From Diplonema japonicum (taxonomy: Eukaryota; Protista; Euglenozoa: Diplonemea): a DNA stretch of 64,000 bases. The notes below the pieces were generated by a model. The model made no database searches, was not told the origin of the DNA, and worked only from the letters and a program-made list of their open reading frames with translations. The stretch is from positions 248,001 through 312,000 of the forward strand of contig OZ025674.1 in NCBI GenBank assembly GCA_964019335.1. Reading direction: 5' to 3'. This document shows positions 1 through 9,930 of this stretch, piece after piece. A program made the position numbers and the translations under genes. Position 1 is the stretch's first letter; each line of letters begins with the position of its first letter.

Positions 1-3000
1 TGAATGTATGGCAACGGGCATCTGTTCCCCTGTCACCGGCCAGTGCTTGTACAAACCACTAGCAGCAAATACCACCTGTGATGACCATCAGCCAACCACT
101 GTCAACGATATCTGTATAAACGGCCAGTGTAACGCGCTGTGTAAGGACGTCGTGTGCTCGGAAGCAACCCAGTGCACCCTTGCAGGTGTGTGTGATGGGC
201 ACACTGGGAGGTGCCATGCAAACAGGTTCATCGATGGCACTTCGTGTGACGACATGAACCCTGACACCACGAATGATGTGTGCCGAGGAGGTGTTTGTGA
301 AGGGCGCACCCTTTGCCAGTTTGTGGTCTGCTCCGCGCTGAACACCTGCCGTGAAGTGGGCACTTGCAACGCCACAACAGGAAGATGCGAGAATCCTATG
401 AAGCAAGACGGCAGCACATGTGATGATGACGACACAACTACCGTTCAGGACCAGTGCGCTGAGGGTTTCTGCAGGGGTCTGAAGGTCTGCTCTAACGGTA
501 TTTGCAGAATACCTCCACAGTGCAGGGAGGCCGTGTGCAGTGCAACAGGGGGCTGCGAGGAAGTCGACCAGGCAGACGGTTCGTTGTGCGACGATGGTGA
601 CAGCGCGACAGACGACAGCTGCCAGGGAGGGGTGTGCGTGGGGTGCCCTGTGTGCATGCCCATGAATGACTGCCATGAGTCTGCTACGTGCAACGTGAAG
701 ACAGGGGTGTGCATCCATAATATCAAGACCGATGGAGCGGCATGTGACGACAGTGATGTGCAGACCCTGAATGATAAGTGCATGCAAGGCGTGTGCGTTG
801 GTCAGCAAAGCTGTGGAGGTGTTCTGTGCCCTATGTCGAAAGACCAATGCCTGGAGCCTATGTGCATAAGCAACAAATGCGACACGGCGCCCGTGCAAGA
901 TGGCACACCCTGCGAGGATGGCAACTACCACACTATCAACGACACTTGCCACAGCGGTGTTTGCGCGGGCATTGCTCCTTGCGCTAATGTGAAGTGCCTG
1001 CCTGTTGATCAATGTCACGGTCCAGGTACCTGTGACCCTGCTACTGGGCAGTGCAGCTCTCCACAGCTAAGTAACGGCGTTCCCTGTGATGACAAAAGTG
1101 CCACCACCCGCTCCGACCACTGCGTAGATGGTGTGTGTGTGGGAACTGACAAGTGTGCGGGTCTGACATGCATAGCCTACTCGGAATGTCACCAAGTAGG
1201 GCACTGCATCCCTGCAACGGGTGTGTGTACAGCTCCTCTGATGCCTGAGGGCATGCCCTGCACTGGCGGCACTTGTCGTAGCGGCACCTGCTCAAGGGGA
1301 GCAAGCTGTAACTCGGTGCAGTGCAAGCCTCTCAGTGATCCATGCAAAACGTACGTGTGCACCGATGGTGCTTGTACGATAGAAAGCAAACCAAATGGTA
1401 CGACGTGCTATGACGGAAGCACCCTCACAATGGACGACAAGTGTGTTTCAGGTGTTTGCGTTGGGCTCGATAAGTGTTTTGGTGTCGTATGCACTCCCAG
1501 CAGCCAATGCATGGAGGCTGGTGTATGCGACCCAACCACTGGTGTATGCAGCTCTCTAATAAGACAGGACGGTGAGGTGTGCAACGACGCCGATTCATTG
1601 ACTGTTAACGACAAGTGCAAGTCAGGGCAATGTGTTGGGCACAGCAAGTGCCATGGTGTAGTGTGCGTTGCTAGTGACGGGTGTCACGGGGTGGGGGCGT
1701 GCGATGAGGCTACTGGTCTGTGTTCGGACCCGCCTCTGCAGGATGGCGTCCCCTGTGATGATGGAATGGTAGAGACAGTAGATGCCAGATGCATGGGTGG
1801 TATCTGCAGTGGCTCAGTGATGTGCGGTGGTAGAGCATGTACAGTCACAGATGCGCGGTGCGGCCGTGCAGCGTGCGACAGCAGCCAGCGATGCATCCAA
1901 GTGGCCCAGCCCGACGCGACGCCTTGTAATGACTTCATGTCGTCCACAGTTAACGACCAGTGCCGGACAGGCTTGTGTGTCGGGCAAAACCTTTGTGAAG
2001 GTGTTGTGTGTACCACAACTGAGCCCTGCCACCAGGCTGGTATCTGCCTTGCTGGGAAATGTACGGATTCCGTGGCCTCCTTTGCGCAGCCATGCGATGA
2101 CAATAACGCAGCCACTACCTCCGACACATGCTTCGCAGGTGTGTGCAGGGGCACCCCAAAATGTAGTGGCGTTATCTGCCCCCGCGAGTCTCAGTGCAAA
2201 GAGACCTCCACCTGCATCCCCGACACGGGCTTGTGCGACAGCACTAATAAGCCTGACGGGACACAATGCAACGACGACAACCCCGCTTCACATTACGACG
2301 TGTGCAAGCAAGGCATATGCATGGGTGTCCCCACCGCTGCCTCGATAGTGCGGGTGGACGTCGGGGTGGCCCTTGCCAAGGACAAGGTTGAGGAGGGGAG
2401 GGTTGGGTTTCTTGGATTGCTGGCGACAGTGCTGGCGGTTAGCGTGGAGACGTTCGAGACCGTCATCGTGAGGAAGGTTGCAGACAGCTCTGAGGTTTCT
2501 GTGTTCGTGAAAGTCACGAATACAACGGGTGAAGACGCGGCTGCCGATTTCAAGGGAAAAGTGCGAGGCGACATTCTAAAGGAGACAGGGGGCGAGCTGC
2601 ACTCTGGGGGGTTTCCACCGACTACTATCGTGACAGAGGTGATGGAGGCACGTGAGGAATGCGGAGTGGTGAAGGTGTGCGAGGAAAACCAGCAGATTTG
2701 CACTGACCCGACACCGTACGTAGGTTACCAGGGGGACTGGTCGTGCTCGTGCAAGGCACCGTTGAAGGGGTCAGCTGTGCTGGGTGCAGCTACATGTGAG
2801 GACCCTCGCCAGAGCGACGTGACTGTGAATGTAGAAGTCAGCTCATCTGCAATTGCTGCATCGCCTTCGTTTGAAAACGAAACCGACCCACTAGCAGCAT
2901 GGACAGCGCGAGTCGCCAGATCTCTCAGCATCGACAGCAGCAACCTGTACGCCACCCTTCAGGGTACCACACCCTCTTCGCACATCGCTGTCGTACTTGC

Positions 3001-3860
3001 CTTCCTTGGAGCAGGTCCTGCTGCTGATCGGCAGGTGTTCGTCACGTCGGCAGCCTGCTGCCCTGCATCCTGCACGACACCCACAGGGAAGGAGTTCTGC
3101 CAGACCTTAGGCATCACCAAGTTGCCCCTTGAGGATATCTCTTGCAAAGAACTACTTCAACCGGATGGCTGTGTCATGAAGTCATCGTGCGTGTGGAACA
3201 CCAACACATGTGATGAAAAGCCTCCCCCTTCGTCGTCGAGCAGCAACGTCCTGTTCATAGTAGTTGCAGCGGCAGGGGGGGTGCTGCTGCTGGCGGGGTG
3301 TGTGGCGATCCGGTGTGCCTCACGAGGGAATGTAGAAGAGAAAACGCTGGAGGGCATACCAGAGGGAGGCCCACCTGCATCCCCTCAAACAGGTGAATAC
3401 GAGGTGATCAGGAACAGTGGGGGTGCGTCTTCTGTCCTTGCTGCTGTTGGATCAGCTGCGGTGCCGCAACGCAGGGCACCGTTGCCTCCCAGCGACTTGG
3501 ACTCGACCACCGACCTCGCCAGCGAAGCGTCTCTTGCAGGGCCAGCAACCCCTCCAGCCCCTTCCTTTCATCAAAATCAAAAGCCGCTCCCTATCCCTCC
3601 TATGCCACCGGTACGGCGGCCAAGCTTCTCTCTCAACCCACTGATGGCAAAACCCCTGCCCAACGTCCCGTCGCAACCGCCAACGGTTTTCCAGCACCCG
3701 GAATTGGTATGAAAAAAAAAAAGAAGAAAAAAAAAAGAAAAAAAAAACCCAGCAGTCGAATTCGGGCCTGTCGGGGGACGATGCCGTCGAGCTGCCACCA
3801 CCCCCTGTGCCGCGGCGGCGGGCGTCTGTTATAAATGAGCAGGGTAAATTGGTGTTTTAG
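1..3860 (+). CDS. Cys-rich repeat single-pass membrane/surface protein (5'-partial); exons <1-3706 and 3753-3860
   Basis: About 25 repeats of type C-x-DG-x-x-C-DD-x-x-x-x-T-x-x-D-x-C-x-x-G-x-C-x-G, a TM segment (VLFIVVAAAGGVLLLAGCVAI) and a Pro-rich tail. The frame is open to the window start. Intron GTATG at 3707 to CAG at 3752 (NAGNAG alternative 3755) extends the tail in frame to TAG at 3860. Confidence 0.85.
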
Positions 3861-3996
3861 AATTCCCTTTTTATTCACCCCCCTGTATTCCATAGATTAT
3901 TATTAGATTATACTACTTTTTTTTATACCCCCTCTCCACCACTACCTTCGAGCTCACACTTCTTTTTTCAGAGTGGGGTTGGTAAGAGCAAAGAAA

Positions 3997-4647
3997 ATGG
4001 GGTCCATGCATGACTTAGAAGACCCAGAGGAGGTGAAAGAAGAAATATGTGGGAAGGAGAAGTTGGACCGGTACTCGGTGTCCGTCCCAGTGGTGGTTTA
4101 CAACATAGCGTGCATGATGTTGAGCTTGGCGGTATTGGTGTGGGTGGCCATTGTGCACACAAGCCGGGATCTGAACGTCTTGGTGGTGGAGGGGGTCCTG
4201 ACGGCCATGGTGGTCACAGAGACCACTGTGCGGATTTTAATAGTCGGGTGCAAGGATTGCTGTAAATACCCGGTTCTTTGGCTTGATGCGTTGTTGTGTT
4301 ACTTCTGCCTAGCCTTATTCTTAGGTGTTGTCCTCCTCCCACACTTGATTTATGACAATGATGACGAATATGAGTCTGCAGCAGCTATCATCTTACTTGT
4401 GCTGCGATTTATTATACAAGTGATACGAGGGGGCGTGCTCGCCCACCGCCAGCAGTCTGCCTTGAAAAGGAGAAGGGTGGGTCGGGAGGAGGTCGTGCTC
4501 GACAGAGCTACGCTTCGACGAGACGAACACGGCCTGGTCATACCCCCTCGCAACGGCCAGTCCTTCTTGACCACAAAATCCCACGCCAGTTACGGGACCT
4601 CGGGTGCCCGTGATAGTGCATTGTCGTTTAGTAGGTATGAGGGGAGG

Positions 4648-4695
<48 letters not shown>

Positions 4696-4816
4696 AAAAG
4701 AAATTGTATTTTTTTTTTTCATCCTCAGATGGTCCTTCACATCTAAGAGCACGGTGGAGCACCCTGACCGTGGTAGTGCCAAGAACTCTATGCACTTCAA
4801 CCCGCTTCTTAAGTGA
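3997..4816 (+). CDS. 4-TM voltage-sensor-like domain protein; exons 3997-4634 and 4729-4816
   Basis: Four hydrophobic helices with S2-like E..E..R (VEGVLTAMVVTETTVR), S3-like WLD and S4-like LRFIIQVIR. Phase-2 intron 4635-4728 joins to ORF 4604-4816. Acceptor-like TCTTTTTTCAG at 3961-3971. Confidence 0.7.
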
Positions 4817-5394
4817 TTGAAAAAAAAGGGGGGGTACCTCCAGCTTTGAAGTTTTCCTCGTTCGTTTTTTTTTTTTTTTTTTTTTCCCCTCTTTTTTCCT
4901 CTTTCTTCCTCTTTTTTTTTCAGTCTTATCTTGCCCTTGGATTTTTCAGTCTGAGTTTTTTTTTTCCCCTTTTTTTTTTTTTTCTCCTTTTGGTGTTTTT
5001 ACCTCCTTTTTCCTTTCTCTATTTTTTCTGAAAAAGAAAGCGAGAGGGGGAGAAGAAGGGGAAACATGTGGGACGTTGTGGGAAGAAGAGACTTGAAGTT
5101 TTGAGAAAAAACAGGGGTGGGGGGCAAGGGGAAAACAAAAAAAGAAAAAAAATAAGAAAGGGAAAATGTGTCATCAAAGTTGGAAACAAAAAACCCCCCC
5201 CTCCGCACTCTCCCCACTCTCCCTTTAATATGAATCTCTGATCTTCAATGATTTCCTTATTTATTCCTTCCCTCTTCCCCTCGTGTATGTACCTTTACTT
5301 TCGAGCGACGGAAGGAAGAAGGAAAAAAAAAAAAGAAACTTCCCCCTCCGTTTTTTTTCTCCTCTTCTTTTCTTTTCTTTTCTTTTTTTTAAAA

Positions 5395-5585
5395 GGTGGG
5401 GATAACATGGAAATATAATCGTCGGGTCATCACCGGTAGCGCCCAGTGGAAGAACTTGCAGATGCTCAGGGTGACGAACAGGCAGCAAACTGCATAAGCA
5501 CACCGCACGCATTAAGGACACGACGCGGAACGCAGAAGAAGCTCGGCCGAGGTGCGCCCCCTGTAATCAAGTAGACAGTTCGTGC
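5395..5585 (-). mobile_element. SINE-like short interspersed element, internally deleted copy (family S)
   Basis: Colinear near-identical blocks shared with 35825-36121, e.g. GCAGATGCTCAGGGTGACGAACAGGCAGCAAACTGCA and CACCGCACGCATTAAGGACACGACGCGGAACGCAGAAGAAGCT. An A-rich tail follows on the minus strand. Confidence 0.7.
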
Positions 5586-5661
5586 TTCGTTGCACACTTA
5601 ACGCCACTTAGTGTAGCAATCAAAGCCCCATTTTTTTTCTTCTTCTTTTTTTTTTTTTTTT

Positions 5662-5699
5662 ACCAACGATTCTAAAGCTACAGTTTCTGTACTTTATTG
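5662..5699 (+). ncRNA. Spliced-leader (mini-exon) sequence, 38 of 39 nt, at the head of a retroposon
   Basis: ACCAACGATTCTAAAGCTACAGTTTCTGTACTTTATTG matches the diplonemid-type SL and contains the conserved euglenozoan 3' block CAGTTTCTGTACT(A/T)TATTG. It is followed by GTAT. Confidence 0.92.
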
Positions 5700-6457
5700 G
5701 TATCGACCGTGCCAAGAAAGTTAAATATCAGAGATCAATCGAGAGAAGTGGAAGTGAAGTGAACAGTCGAAAGTTGAAAGGTTGAAAAGTTGTTCAGAAT
5801 AGGAGTACGAAGTTATAAATTTTTTGAAGTGAACCCCTCCCCACTACATCCCACCCCGCCACCAGCCCAAACATGGACCCTTTTCCAGCCAGGGAACCTC
5901 TTAACCCCGAAACCTCTCACTTGGTACCACAAGAATGGGCTGGCGAAGAAGTACTTCCCAGGCCTAATCCCGTTTATCCTCAAATGGCTGAAAGCCCTCA
6001 AGTGGGGCAAGGACGGTGGGCAGGTGTCCAAGGCGGAACTTGCAGTCAGAAAGGATCCACATGGATGGTGAAGACCTAGCGAGCTGGGCAAGAAAAATCG
6101 GCGGAATCCTAATAGTTTTGGACAGGATTCACCAAAAAGGCACGGGGAGTCACCTGATTCCAGCAGAACCTAAGAAATCAGTACACTCTTTGCGTACCCT
6201 AGGGCTCCACAGCCATTCCATCACTGGGTACTCCACTCGACCGGTCTTCGCATCCCCGAAGGTCACCCACCCTATCCTAGAGGAACAGTTACGAACGCAT
6301 TGCATCCTCAACAACTCGCTAGTTGGTTTCACGCCCAAGCTGCTGATGAGATACCACGACGGGCCTAAGGCACTACCACGACAGAAGGGATCAAACACTA
6401 GATGAGTTGATTGTCGTTAGGCGATCCTGTCACATACTGCAGGTTCCCTCAAAGACA

Positions 6458-6491
<34 letters not shown>
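5662..6491 (+). mobile_element. SL-headed, poly(T)-tailed non-autonomous retroposon (family T, copy A)
   Basis: SL, then about 130 nt purine-rich leader, then a frameshifted ORF remnant (5790-6071 and 6016-6405) homologous to ORF 53315-53821 (WLxALxWGxxGGQVSxxELA; SVHSLRTLG; GYSxRPVFASP). A 3' hairpin lies at 6426-6443 and T32 at 6460-6491. The left flank is also a T-run. Confidence 0.75.
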
Positions 6492-6986
6492 CCATTGATA
6501 CCCGTGTGTCCGCGGTAGAAATAAAGAAAAAAAAGAATCTAAGGAGCGATAGCATTGTTTTGTGAAATTGGCAGCCAGTTACTGTGCTAGACACTGGAAT
6601 ATAAAAAAAAAAAAAAAGAAAAGTACTTTAGCATCTATTGTTCTATCCCCTAAAGAACATTTTCCCGTTCTTATTTGAGGTTAAGTGTTATGTATTTGGT
6701 TTGGACAGCTGGAATTGAAGGTTTTTAGCATTTATCAATTAGTCAACAAGCGCAATGAGTCCCCGTTCATTAGAGGTACTCGTACACAAAAAAAAAAAAA
6801 AAAAAAAAAAAAAAGAAATGTGACATGCCAATTCTGCGGCACTACTGTGACCAGGACTACTTGGCTTACAATATCCCTTCTTTTTTTTTTTTTTCCTCTT
6901 TCTTCCTGTCTATGTTCTGTTATCTGTGGTGTTGATCTTTTTTTTTTTTGTTTTCCTTTCTTTTTTTGGTATAGCCCACTCCCCAA

Positions 6987-7795
6987 GAGAGGCGCCCTTA
7001 CCGTCCTCTTCTAAAAAAAAAAAAAAAGAAATGTGCAGCGCGAATCGCTCCGTGTGTAGAGCAAAGAGTCTATTGTTTTTTTTTTAAAGGTAATAAAAGC
7101 CTTTTCAGGGAAAAAAACTTCTTCTTAAGGAAACGGCCCCAAAAATAAGGAAACCGTTTCCTTATTTTCAAAAAGAAAAGCTTGGAAACGCGTTTCCTTG
7201 CCAACATAGCTCTGGGGGGGGGGGGGGGGGGGGGTCACATGGTAGTGGTAAAATGAGTTTTTAAAAAAGGTAAAAACTTAGAAGTTAACACGGTTTGTAC
7301 CTTTTGAACGCGGCTCTTTAGGACGCCGCTACCGTTTGAACGGCAGAGTACAGTCTTGCGTTGTCGTATTTGCGAACTTTTTTTTTTTTTTTTCCCCGCT
7401 TTTGCTACGTTTTTAAGGGGCGTGTGACCCCCCCGCAGGACATGCTGGTGAGCGCGAAAATGTGAACCTTGAAATGTCTCTTTTTTTTTTTTTCACTTTT
7501 GCTTGAACAAGAGTAACAAAACATTGATTTAATGAATTGTTATTGCTAAAAAAGAGTAGTGGTGGCATTGTTGGCTTATCCTCCTACAGTTAACCCCGGC
7601 TGTGCACAAACAAAAAAAAAAAAAAAAAAGAAAAAAGAGAGAGAGAGAATTGATTTAATGAATTGTTATTCCCCCTTACGAGAGGCGCTCGTACCGTCCT
7701 CTTTTCTCCTTTTTACAATAATAATAATAAAAAAAAAAAGAATAAACGTGAAACGCGAATCGCTCCGTGTGTAGAGCAAAGAGTTTACTGTTTTT
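6987..7795. repeat. Imperfect ~95-bp direct repeat pair (6987-7080 and 7680-7795)
   Basis: Shared GAGAGGCGC...TACCGTCCTCTT and an identical 31-bp core CGCGAATCGCTCCGTGTGTAGAGCAAAGAGT at 7039-7069 and 7754-7784. Confidence 0.8.
7212..7438. mobile_element. Small MITE-like element
   Basis: Inverted termini CTG(G)nGTCACA (7212-7239) and TGTGACCCCCCCGCAG (7423-7438) around a non-coding interior. Confidence 0.5.
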
Positions 7796-8347
7796 GTTGT
7801 ATCTGTCTTCACCCCACCCGACCCCTTTTTTATCTTCCTTGTACTCCTCTCAATGGGCTGAGGGGCAGCTTCGGGGAGAAATGACACCTTCCTTCTAGTG
7901 CTGTGTTATTATTTTTATTTTTTTTCTCTTTTTCCACAAGGCTGCTTCTTCCATAACTTATCCACTGTAGTACTTGACTTTACTATCTCTTTTTTATTTT
8001 TTTTTCCCCCCCTTCTAAAAGTGAGGCGTAATTTTTTTTTTTTAACTCGGGTTTTTCTTTTGAATGCAAGACCCTCATGCAAAGAAAAAATGAAAACGGC
8101 AAAAACGAGAAATCATTCAAAATTATGGCCCATATTCTTTTTTTTTTTTAAAAATACCCCCCCCCCCCCCAGTCATGTAACTTTGGACCTAAGTATTTTT
8201 TTTTTTGGTGAAGGTAGAAAAACAAAAACAAAAAGAAAACCAGCGTTATTATTATATTATGTAGTATTTCCTTCTCTCTTCTCCCCCCTCGCTTTTTTAA
8301 AAATACAAGACACGAGGAAGGGGGGAAATAAATAAAATAAAATAAAA

Positions 8348-9391
8348 ATGTCGTCCGACTCAGTAAGTACGATGGGGTACTACCGTGAGAAGGACGTTCC
8401 AAAATGGATGGAAAGGCAGGCAAAATACCTTTCAGAGGAACAGCCGGAAAATGTGCTGAAGGGGATCCAAAGATGGGTGGAACGAGAAACCGCCATGATG
8501 CTAGAAGAAAACGATTTAAAAAAAGCAAAATTGGGCAGTGTTTTGGGGAAAGGCTCTTTCAGCAAAGTTTTGTTAGGACTGCTGGAAAGCGGTACTTATG
8601 TTGCCGTGAAACAGGTCAGCCTTAACAACGCAGATGGAGAAATAGACATCGAAGAAGAAGTTGAGAAAATACAACTTGAGGTGAAGCTGATGAAAACAGT
8701 CATCCACCCCAATATCGTCCAATGCTACGGGTCAATATTCAATCCGGAACAGCAAACCTTTGAAATCTACATGGAGTACATTGGGGGGAGAACCTTAGCA
8801 GACATGACCCGAAATTTTCACGGGCTGCCTCCTAAAGTAGTAAACGACTACAGCAGACAGATAATAACAGGTGTTGCCGTTCTGCACGAGGCCAACATAT
8901 GTCACCGAGATATCAAACCCGAAAATATTCTGGTAAATCTTCAGCAACAACTGTTGAAATTGTGCGACTTCGGGTGCTCCAAACAAATCGACAAAATTAA
9001 AAGCGGGAAGGCGAATGTATGTTGTGTTTAAAAGAAGAAGAAGAAAAAAGAATTACAGAAATCCTGTGCCACTGTAGCAGGCACGCCTTACTATATGTCT
9101 CCAGAGATTCTTACGGATGATGTAGGGTACGATGGTATGAGGGCCGACATTTGGAGCATTGGTGCTACGGTCATTCAGATGGCGACAGGTGACCTCCCCT
9201 GGCCGAAGTCTAGCAGTGACGTTGCTGCGATCTTCATGATTTCTCAAGCGCAGGGCCCTCCGACTCTCTGCCCTGACAGCTCTGAAATTGGTTCGCCTTG
9301 CTATAACTTCATCTCTTGTTGCTGTGCCATCGACCCCCACGACCGCCCCACCGCCGAAGAGCTTCTCTGCCACCCCTACATTGCACCTTAG
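8348..9391 (+). CDS. Ser/Thr protein kinase, STE11/MAP3K-like; exons 8348-9016 and 9059-9391
   Basis: GKGSFSKV, VAVK, HRDIKPEN and DFG motifs. The 42-nt intron 9017-9058 restores GTPYYMSPE and DIWSIG. Confidence 0.93.
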
Positions 9392-9450
9392 CACGATCTT
9401 TTTTATGTCTTTGTAATTTTCTTTTCTTTTTTTTTTTTTTTTTCTTTTGG

Positions 9451-9483
<33 letters not shown>

Positions 9484-9930
9484 GCTCGTTCTTTGCAACA
9501 CAAGAAAGTTAGATTTCTTTGTTTTTTTCTTTCGTTCCCTTGTCGTCCCTAGCACGCCTGCCAGGCCAGGTTCAAAAAAAAAAAAAAAAAAAAAAAAAAC
9601 ATTCTAAAATCCACTGCTGTCGCTTTTCTTCTCCCTGCCAGGCAGGGATCTTTTGTTGCCGATCAACCTTCCAGACTGTACTGTCTGTGATCTCACCTGT
9701 GTCGAATGGTGCCATCAAATCTGATGAGCTTCCCCCAATTGATTTGTTCGAGGATGCTGGCTACTTGACCCCCAGTGTTGGGCTTGAAGCATCTTGATCG
9801 TGCTGACATCGCGTCACCTCCTTGCATTTGTTCTTGTCCCATGGTCCCCTCGCCCCCGCCTTATCGCCGTGCAGGATACAAAAAAAAAAAAAAGAAGAAG
9901 AAAAAAAAAAAGTATAAAGGAAAGGATGTG

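Noticed and set aside
5662-5699. SLACS/CRE-type insertion into an SL RNA gene
   Set aside because: Those elements interrupt the SL exon and duplicate part of it within SL arrays; here the SL is uninterrupted, single and not repeated at the 3' end.
7465-7493. Fourth copy of the family T tail
   Set aside because: Only about 14 nt of similarity before the T-run and the hairpin is not intact; not counted as a copy.
9715-9760. Hammerhead-like CTGATGAG core
   Set aside because: No matching GAAA after a stem II and no stem I/III pairing.
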